From positions 7,046-71,045 of the IMG/VR virus record IMGVR_UViG_2867339791_000001: 64,000 bases of DNA; one strand, written 5' to 3'. Shown one piece after another: positions 17,983 through 25,107 of this stretch. The position numbers and the translations under genes are program-made. The first letter of the stretch is position 1. Each line of letters starts with the position of its first letter. Below the pieces are notes generated by a model. The model made no database searches and was not told where the DNA came from. It saw nothing but the letters and a program-made list of their open reading frames with translations. Source of the DNA: a virus.

Positions 17983-18660
17983 GTGACCATGACACCCAAA
18001 CCCAACCCCGCCCGGCATGACAGAAACCTCTGCCTCGGCAAAAAGCACGGCAAGCAACGCCCCGGAGCCAAGCACGGCAAGAACCCCGTCCGTGACGAGC
18101 ACGGCAACGACCTGTGCACCCGCCCCGCCGGCTGGGGAACCGACCACCCCGGGATCGGCCGCTGCAAGCTCCACGGCGGAGCCACCACGAGCCACAAGGT
18201 CGCGGGGATGGTGGCCATGGCCGAGCAAGCCGTGAGGACGTACGGCCTGCCGGTCGACGTGTCCCCCACCGACGCCCTGCTTGACGAGGTGAAGTGGACC
18301 GCCGGGCATGTCGCGTGGCTACGCGCCCGCGTGCAGGAGATGGAAGCCGAGGCCCTGTCCTGGGGCAAGCGGTCGACGGTCGACAAGCAGAGTGGCGAAC
18401 ATCCGGGCGTCGACACCACCGAGGGGGCTGCGCCGCCGGTGCTGCTGGACCTGTACCAGCGGGAACGCAAGCACCTCCTCGACGTGTGCAAGGCCGCGAT
18501 CGCCGCCGGCATCGAGGAGCGGCGCGTCCGCTTGGCCGAGTCGCAGGGCGCGCTGCTGGCCGACGTGATCCGCCGCATCCTCGGCGACCTGAACCTGACC
18601 CCGCAGCAGCAGGCCCTTGTGCCCGACGTGGTGCCCCGGCACCTGCGCGCCGTGTCCTGA
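17983..18660 (+). CDS. terS: Terminase small subunit
   Basis: GRCKLHGG (HGGxSTG-like) motif; helical C-terminus; directly upstream of TerL. Confidence 0.75.
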   Translation: MTMTPKPNPARHDRNLCLGKKHGKQRPGAKHGKNPVRDEHGNDLCTRPAGWGTDHPGIGRCKLHGGATTSHKVAGMVAMAEQAVRTYGLPVDVSPTDALLDEVKWTAGHVAWLRARVQEMEAEALSWGKRSTVDKQSGEHPGVDTTEGAAPPVLLDLYQRERKHLLDVCKAAIAAGIEERRVRLAESQGALLADVIRRILGDLNLTPQQQALVPDVVPRHLRAVS

Positions 18661-18683
18661 CCCTCGGTTCGGGGGAGGGCGCT

Positions 18684-20159
18684 GTGGTGTCGCCTTGGGA
18701 GGCCGCGGCCCGGCAGTTCGAGCCGCCGGTGCGCCGGTGGGTGTCGCCGCTGGACCTGGCCTGCGACCTGGACCCGCAGATGGTCCGCACCCCGGCGTTG
18801 GAGGCCATCAACCGCAACCTGGTCGACTTGGCGGAGGGCCGGTTGCCGGGCAACCGACTGGCCGTGTTCATGCCCCCGCAGGAGGGCAAGTCCACGCTCT
18901 GCTCGTATTGGCATCCGCTGTGGCTGCTGGCCGACTTCGACCCGGACCTGCGGATCATCGACGTGTCGTACTCCGACGAGATGGCCCGCCGGTGGGGTGC
19001 CGACGTCAAGCTGGCCGTGGAGACGTACACCGGCGATGAGGGCACGGTGGACCTGGGTGTGCGGCTGCGCGCCGACTCCCGCGCTGCGGGGCGGTGGCAG
19101 GTTGCCGACCGGCGCGGCGGCATCTACTGCGCCGGGGTCGGCGGTTCGATCACCGGTAAGCCGGCGGACTACATCATCGTCGATGACCCGCTGAAGAACA
19201 TGGAGGAAGCCCAGTCGGAGGCGTACCGGCAGCGGGTCATGCGGACCTGGCAGTCCGTGCTGATCCCCCGGATGGGCCCGCGTACGAAGGTCGTGTGGAT
19301 CCAGACGCTGTGGCATGAGGCGGAGCCGATTCAGGAGATCATCAGTGGGGAGACCGGCGCCGACTGGAAGATCATCCGGATTCCGGCGATCGCCGACCGC
19401 CCCGAAGACCCGCTCGGCCGGAAAGTCGGGGAACCGCTGATCTCCGCCCGAGGCAACCGGGACTGGGCGAAGATCCGCAAGGCCGTCGGCGCGTACGTGT
19501 TCTCCGCCCTCTACCAGCAGTCCCCCACCCCCGCCGAGGGCAACCTGTTCAAGCGGATGTGGTGGCGGTACTGGACCGCCCACGGCACCACCCTCACGCT
19601 GGGGCAGCGGACGTACGACCTGCGGGACTGCTGGCGGTTCGCCACCGTCGACCTCGCCGCGTCCACCAAGGCGTCCGCCGACTGGACCGTCATCTCCGCG
19701 TGGGCGCGCACCATCTCCGGCGACCTGGTCCTCCTCGACCGGGTCCGGGCCCACATCAGCGAGAACCAGCACTTCACGCACGCTCGGCCGCTGATCGAAC
19801 GATGGGGCCTCGACACCCTGTTCGTTGAGGCCACCCAGCACGGCATGACCATCACCCGGGAGGCCGCGAACGCCGGAGTGTCCATCACCCCGGTCAGCGC
19901 GGAGACGGACAAGCTGTCTCGCGCTCTGCCCGCCTCGGCGTGGGCGAGCGGCGGCCGGGTGTGGCTGCCGGCCGGCGCGTGGTGGCTCAACGAGTGGGTC
20001 AACGAGCACGCCGCGTTCCCCAACGGGGCGAACGACGACCAGGTGGACACCCTCGCCTACGCGGTGCGGGTCGCCGTCACCCAGGCCGCCCCCGGACCCC
20101 CGCCGCCGCCGGCCTCGCCGCCGGCCGACGAGGTCGACTGGAACAGCGAGCCGCTGTAG
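18684..20159 (+). CDS. terL: Terminase large subunit
   Basis: PPQEGKST Walker A, IIVDDP Walker B, SALYQQSP, TVDLAAS..DWT, FPNGANDDQVD nuclease motif. Confidence 0.95.
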   Translation: MVSPWEAAARQFEPPVRRWVSPLDLACDLDPQMVRTPALEAINRNLVDLAEGRLPGNRLAVFMPPQEGKSTLCSYWHPLWLLADFDPDLRIIDVSYSDEMARRWGADVKLAVETYTGDEGTVDLGVRLRADSRAAGRWQVADRRGGIYCAGVGGSITGKPADYIIVDDPLKNMEEAQSEAYRQRVMRTWQSVLIPRMGPRTKVVWIQTLWHEAEPIQEIISGETGADWKIIRIPAIADRPEDPLGRKVGEPLISARGNRDWAKIRKAVGAYVFSALYQQSPTPAEGNLFKRMWWRYWTAHGTTLTLGQRTYDLRDCWRFATVDLAASTKASADWTVISAWARTISGDLVLLDRVRAHISENQHFTHARPLIERWGLDTLFVEATQHGMTITREAANAGVSITPVSAETDKLSRALPASAWASGGRVWLPAGAWWLNEWVNEHAAFPNGANDDQVDTLAYAVRVAVTQAAPGPPPPPASPPADEVDWNSEPL

Positions 20160-20177
20160 CAGGACGGGGGTGGCTCG

Positions 20178-23100
20178 ATGAACGCCCCCACCTCGCTGAT
20201 CGGCATGGTCGACGACAACCAGTACGGCACGATCGTCACCGACGTCTACGAACACATCCCCGACCTGCTGTACCCGGCGTCGGTGCCGATCTACGCGCAG
20301 ATGCGCCGCGACCCCCGCCTGGCCGCCGTGGTCGACGGTTACGGGTTGCAGATCCGCCGCGCCCAGTGGCAGCTCGACGGCGCCGGCTGCCGGCCCGAGG
20401 TGACCCAGTTCGTGGCTGACTGCCTGGGTCTCAACGTGGTCGGTGAGGACAAGGCTACCGGTGCCCGCCGCCGCGGCGTGTCGTGGAACGACCACCTGCG
20501 CTCCGCCCTGCTCAGCCAGGTGTGGGGGCACTACGCGTTCGAGTTGGAAGCGGAGATCGTGGACGGCCGGCGTGCCCGCCTCACGACCCTCGCCGAGCGC
20601 ATCCCTGCGACGATCATGGCAATCCACGCCGACCCGCGCACTGGCGCCCTGCTCGGCATCGACCAGCAGATCACCTCCCGGCAGCCGTCCCCGCAGATCC
20701 CGGCCGACCGGCTCGTCTTCTACTCCCGCAACCGGGAAGGTTCCGGCTGGCAGGGCACGAGCCTGCTGCGGCCGGCGTACGCGCCGTGGCTGCTGAAGCG
20801 GGAGATGCTGCGCGTCAACGCAATCTCCAACCGGCGCTGGGGTGCCGGCGTCCCCGTCGCCGAAGCCAACCCCGGCACCAACCCGTCGCCCGCCCAGATG
20901 GCCGAGGCGCAGCGGATGGTGTCCGCGGCCCGCGCCGGGGACCAGGCTGGCGCGTCGGTGCCGCCCGGGTTCACCATGCGCATCGTCGGCCTGTCGGGCA
21001 GCATCCCCGACACCCTCGGCTTCATCCGGTTCCTCAACCAGGAGATGTCCGGGTCGGTGCTGATGCCGCACCTGGACCTGGGCACCACCCAGACCGGCGC
21101 CCGCGCCCTCGGCGAGTCCTTCATCGACTCGTGGACCCTCGCCCTGGAATCGGAGGCGGAGGCGATCGCCGACACCGCCACCCGGCAGGTGTGCGTGCCG
21201 ATCGTCGACTGGAACTGGGGCGAGGACGAACCCGTCCCCCGCGTCGTCGTGTCCGGTGTCGGCTCGCGCCGTGAGGTGACCGCCGAGTCGCTACAGCTGC
21301 TCCTCAACTCGGGGGCGCTGTCGGCAGATCCGAGGCTGGAAGCGTGGGTGCGCCGCGAGTACCGCCTTCCGGAGCGGGACCCGGACGCCCCGAGGCCCCT
21401 GCCGGCCGGAGCGCCGGCCCGCGTTCCTGACCGGCCTCAGGTCGACGAGGAACGCGCCCAGGAGGAAGAAGAGACCCCGGGGGGCGGCGACGGTGAGCGG
21501 GTCGCCGCCGCCGCCCCACCGGCTGTCGATGTGCAGGGCATGGACGCCGCCTACCGGCAGGCCGTCGAGGACATGACGGCCGCCTGGTCGCAGGCGTCCG
21601 GGCCCCTGGTGGCTGCTCTGGCCGCTGCTGTGGCCGCCGAGGTGGCCGGTGGGGCGCTCGCCGGCCTGGCCGCCCTCGCCATCCCCGCCACCGCCACCAG
21701 CGCGCTCACCCGGGCCGTCACCGACGGCATGACCACGCTCGCCCGCGCATCCGCTTCGGCCGCGGCCGTCGAGGTCCGCCCCATCGCCCGCATCAACCCC
21801 GCCCTGTCCCGCACCAGCCTCGGCCGGATCGCCGAGAACGCCCAGGTGGCCACCCACCTGATCGTGGCCGGCTACCGGTCCGCGGCGACCCGCGTCGCGC
21901 TGGCCCACGCCGGCGTCAAGGCCACCGTCGAGCAGGTCCGCCAGGCCGTCACCACGGCCCTCACGGACCTCTCTGAGCCGAAGACCGGCGGCCTGGTCGC
22001 GGGCAACCTGTCCGCCGCGGCCGGCACCGCGCAGGGCATCGGCCGGGAACAGGTGCTCGGGGAGCTGCCCGACGGCGTCCGGTTCCGGGCGTCGGAGGAG
22101 CTGGACCGCAACACCTGCCGGCCGTGCCGGCTCGTGGACGGCGCGGAGTACGCCACGTTCGAGGACGCGTTGGCCGACTACCCGACCGGACGGTACCTGT
22201 ACTGCGCCGGCCGGGAACGCTGCCGTGGCTTCATCTACGCCGTCATCGACGAGGACACCGCCGAGGTGGCCGCCCGCCGCAACGGCTTCAACCCGAACCA
22301 GCGGCGCGACGACCACGGCATGTGGACCCGCGGCGGCGGGGCCGGGTCGGCGAGCGGCGTCGAATCAGCTCACGCCGCCCTGCTTCGAGGCGAGGCCGTC
22401 ACCGTCGACCCGGAGAACATCGACGCGCTGATGCGCCTGTCCGCGGGCGGGCCGATCTACAACCTGTCCCGCTTGCAGGTCAAGGGCGAGAACCCGAACC
22501 TGTTCCGCCGCAGCGCACGCGACGTTTCCCGAGCAGAGATGCCGCAGCTGTCCCGGCAGGACGGCAGCCTCGACGCGTTCGTTCGGACGCTCGCCGAGCG
22601 GGGCATCGGGGTCCGGCGGGAGGAGGTCGACCCGCGCCGGCTGACCGCCACCCAGAACCAGCTCGAAGGGGCGAAGGTCAGCAAGCTCTACGCCACGCTG
22701 AAGGCTGAGGGCTGGCCCGAGGGCTCCGCCATCTTCGTCTCCCGCGACGGTGTGGTCCTCGACGGGCACCACCGGTGGGCGGCGGCTGCGGCCGTGGCGG
22801 TGACCGGCCCGATGGAGATCACGGTGCTCCGCGTCGACACCGACATCGACACCCTGTTGGACCTCGCACACGAGGTGTCCGCTCTGCGTAAGGGCTTGGA
22901 GGACGTCGCCGTGACCGCCAGCCGGGTTTACACCTTCGAGGTGACGGAGATCGTCACGGACACCGACGATGGTGTCCCCGAGGCGCTGTTCGGCGACGAG
23001 GTGGCGGCCCGCCGGAAGGGCTTCGACCCGAACCAGAAGCGGGACGAGGACGGCAAATGGACCCGGTTCCTACCCGGCCGCAGGGGCGGGAAGTCCGACG

Positions 23101-24272
23101 GCAGCGGCAACGGTCGCAACGGCGGCGGGGACGGCGACGCCAGTTCCTACGGGCTGATGAGCGACGAGGAGTTCGAGGCCCGGCAGAAGATGATCGCCGA
23201 CGTCATCGGCAAGGCGCGGAAGACGCTGGCCACCGAGGTCACCCACACCACCGCCGACGGTGCGTGGCAACCGGAGCGTGACCGGATGCACCGGGAGATC
23301 GCCGCCGAGCTGTACGCGAAGGCCGACAAGGTGCCTCGCGGCGGCAAGGCGGTCATCGCCGGTGGCCTCGGCGGCGCGGGCAAGAGCACGGTCCTGCGGG
23401 ACCACGCCGGCATCGACCAGTCGCAGTACCTCACCCTGAACCCGGACGACGTCAAGGAGCTGATGGCCGAACGCGGGCTGATCCCCGAGGTGCCCGACCA
23501 CCCGGACCTGTCACCCATGGAACGGGCCGCCCTCATCCACGAGGAGTCGTCCCGCATCACGAAGCTCCTCGCCGACATGGCGTACCGCGACCGCCGCAAC
23601 ATCATCTGGGACATCACCATGTCCTCCGAGAGCGGCGTCGTCTCCCGGCTCGACGACCTCGACCGGAACGGCTACGAGACGCGCGGCGTGTTCGTCGACA
23701 TCCCGGTGGAAGTGTCCGTGGAGCGGGCGTTGTCCCGCTACCGGAACGGCGCCGACCGCTACCGGCAGGGCAAGGGTCTCGGTGGGCGGTTCGTGCCTCC
23801 GGCGATCATCCGGGCGCAGGAAACCCGCAAGGGCCGGACGGTCAACCGTGAGGTGTTCGACGGGCTGCAAGAGCGGTTCGACGGCTGGGCGATCTACGAC
23901 AACAGCGTCACCGGTCGCGCCCCGAAGCTCGTGGCTGAGGACTACCGGTCGACCGACTTCGGCGCCGACGGCGTGAAGAAGATCGACCAGGCGGTGTCCA
24001 ACGCGGGCGTGTCCGGGCTGAAGCGGAAGGTCACCTTCCGCAAGCGTGACTGGGACGGCCCGTTCAAGCAGCGGGTGGACGTGTTCACCAAGGGGGACCG
24101 GCGTGTTGAGGTCGAGCACCTTCCCGGCGGGGCGATCCTCGCCGAACTGATCTTCGAAAAGGGCAAGCGCCGGATGGTGCTCGGCCGACTGACCAGCCCG
24201 TCGGCCCGTCAACTCGCCGGATTGCTGCGCGAGTTGGCGAAACCGTTCAACCCGTCTGAGACAATGGGGTAG
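20178..24272 (+). CDS. Portal-MuF(minor head)-ParB-like-Zeta toxin-like kinase fusion protein
   Basis: N-terminal ~400 aa Mu gp29/DUF935-type portal; MuF-like TCRPC..CAGRERCRG; ParB/Srx DGHHRW (22761); P-loop GGLGGAGKST (23361) with NPDDVK, WDITM, GRFVP, YDNS Zeta-type motifs; single uninterrupted frame. Confidence 0.85.
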   Translation: MNAPTSLIGMVDDNQYGTIVTDVYEHIPDLLYPASVPIYAQMRRDPRLAAVVDGYGLQIRRAQWQLDGAGCRPEVTQFVADCLGLNVVGEDKATGARRRGVSWNDHLRSALLSQVWGHYAFELEAEIVDGRRARLTTLAERIPATIMAIHADPRTGALLGIDQQITSRQPSPQIPADRLVFYSRNREGSGWQGTSLLRPAYAPWLLKREMLRVNAISNRRWGAGVPVAEANPGTNPSPAQMAEAQRMVSAARAGDQAGASVPPGFTMRIVGLSGSIPDTLGFIRFLNQEMSGSVLMPHLDLGTTQTGARALGESFIDSWTLALESEAEAIADTATRQVCVPIVDWNWGEDEPVPRVVVSGVGSRREVTAESLQLLLNSGALSADPRLEAWVRREYRLPERDPDAPRPLPAGAPARVPDRPQVDEERAQEEEETPGGGDGERVAAAAPPAVDVQGMDAAYRQAVEDMTAAWSQASGPLVAALAAAVAAEVAGGALAGLAALAIPATATSALTRAVTDGMTTLARASASAAAVEVRPIARINPALSRTSLGRIAENAQVATHLIVAGYRSAATRVALAHAGVKATVEQVRQAVTTALTDLSEPKTGGLVAGNLSAAAGTAQGIGREQVLGELPDGVRFRASEELDRNTCRPCRLVDGAEYATFEDALADYPTGRYLYCAGRERCRGFIYAVIDEDTAEVAARRNGFNPNQRRDDHGMWTRGGGAGSASGVESAHAALLRGEAVTVDPENIDALMRLSAGGPIYNLSRLQVKGENPNLFRRSARDVSRAEMPQLSRQDGSLDAFVRTLAERGIGVRREEVDPRRLTATQNQLEGAKVSKLYATLKAEGWPEGSAIFVSRDGVVLDGHHRWAAAAAVAVTGPMEITVLRVDTDIDTLLDLAHEVSALRKGLEDVAVTASRVYTFEVTEIVTDTDDGVPEALFGDEVAARRKGFDPNQKRDEDGKWTRFLPGRRGGKSDGSGNGRNGGGDGDASSYGLMSDEEFEARQKMIADVIGKARKTLATEVTHTTADGAWQPERDRMHREIAAELYAKADKVPRGGKAVIAGGLGGAGKSTVLRDHAGIDQSQYLTLNPDDVKELMAERGLIPEVPDHPDLSPMERAALIHEESSRITKLLADMAYRDRRNIIWDITMSSESGVVSRLDDLDRNGYETRGVFVDIPVEVSVERALSRYRNGADRYRQGKGLGGRFVPPAIIRAQETRKGRTVNREVFDGLQERFDGWAIYDNSVTGRAPKLVAEDYRSTDFGADGVKKIDQAVSNAGVSGLKRKVTFRKRDWDGPFKQRVDVFTKGDRRVEVEHLPGGAILAELIFEKGKRRMVLGRLTSPSARQLAGLLRELAKPFNPSETMG

Positions 24273-24277
24273 AGGAG

Positions 24278-24541
24278 GTGATGGAAGTGTCGAGCGTCCG
24301 TGACGTGCTTGACCGGCTGGCAGCCGGGGAGATCACGCTGAAGCAGGCCGCCGAGGACTTCCGCACCCGCAAGTGGCCGGCACAGCCCGCCACCACCGAG
24401 GAGCAGGCGTGGGGTGTCCACGATGACCCGGCCCCAGCCGAGGACTCGTGGGACCTCGTGAACGCCGACTCCCGGCTCACCAGCGACCAGTACAAGGTGC
24501 TCGCCGAGGCGTACACCGAGGCGATCTCCGCCAAGAGCTGA
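24278..24541 (+). CDS. Small acidic/helical protein, candidate antitoxin/immunity
   Basis: RBS GAGGAGG directly after the fusion-gene stop; followed by a hairpin. Confidence 0.7.
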   Translation: MMEVSSVRDVLDRLAAGEITLKQAAEDFRTRKWPAQPATTEEQAWGVHDDPAPAEDSWDLVNADSRLTSDQYKVLAEAYTEAISAKS

Positions 24542-24579
24542 TCGCAGCCCTGTAGCTCTCTCGCCCGGCCGGGCGTGAC

Positions 24580-24616
24580 CTCGGCCCCCTGACCAGTCAT
24601 TGGTGAGGGGGCCGAG
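24580..24616. terminator. Long hairpin, terminator-like
   Basis: CTCGGCCCCCT..ACCA / TGGT..AGGGGGCCGAG. Confidence 0.55.
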
Positions 24617-24853
24617 TTGTCCCGCGTCGAGATCACCACCGCTGGTCACAGCATCGTCGTGGACGCCGATGGGCCGCTCGACCAGGTCGCAGGCAAGGCA
24701 CTGTACCTGTGGGAGCGGACCCGTGATCCGCGTATCGACCGCGTCTACGGAGCGGTCGGCTTCTCCATGGAACGCTCCGACCCCGCCTACGTGGGCAGGC
24801 CGGACGTCGACCTCCACCATCCCGATCCGCAGAGAGGACGGGATGGCCCATGA
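24617..24853 (+). CDS. Small hypothetical protein
   Basis: TTG start; stop overlaps the next ATG. Confidence 0.5.
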   Translation: MSRVEITTAGHSIVVDADGPLDQVAGKALYLWERTRDPRIDRVYGAVGFSMERSDPAYVGRPDVDLHHPDPQRGRDGP

Positions 24854-25104
24854 AGCCGACCGTCGGCCGCATCGTGCAGTACGTCTCCTACGGCACCCCC
24901 GGCGGTGAGTACACCAGCCAGTGCCGGGCCGCGATCGTCGCCGGAGTCCCCGACGGCGCCCCGCCCTCGATCGGACCCGACGGGCCCGCCCGGCAGCTCG
25001 ACCTGGCCGTGCTCAACCCCACCGGCCTGTTCTTCAACCGCTGCGCGCAGGACGAGACCGGCAAGGCCGGCGGCACCTGGCACTGGCCCGAGCGGGAGGA
25101 GTAA
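24850..25104 (+). CDS. Small phage protein (MKPTVGRIVQY family)
   Basis: P.VGRIV.Y...CRAAIVA...DLAVLNPTG...GTWHWPER pattern common in phage head regions. Confidence 0.75.
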   Translation: MKPTVGRIVQYVSYGTPGGEYTSQCRAAIVAGVPDGAPPSIGPDGPARQLDLAVLNPTGLFFNRCAQDETGKAGGTWHWPEREE

Positions 25105-25107
25105 CCG

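Noticed and set aside
17313-21071. 1252-aa minus-strand ORF
   Set aside because: Antisense shadow of terS/terL/portal in high-GC DNA; only the last 203 aa (lipoprotein, ATG 17924) look real.
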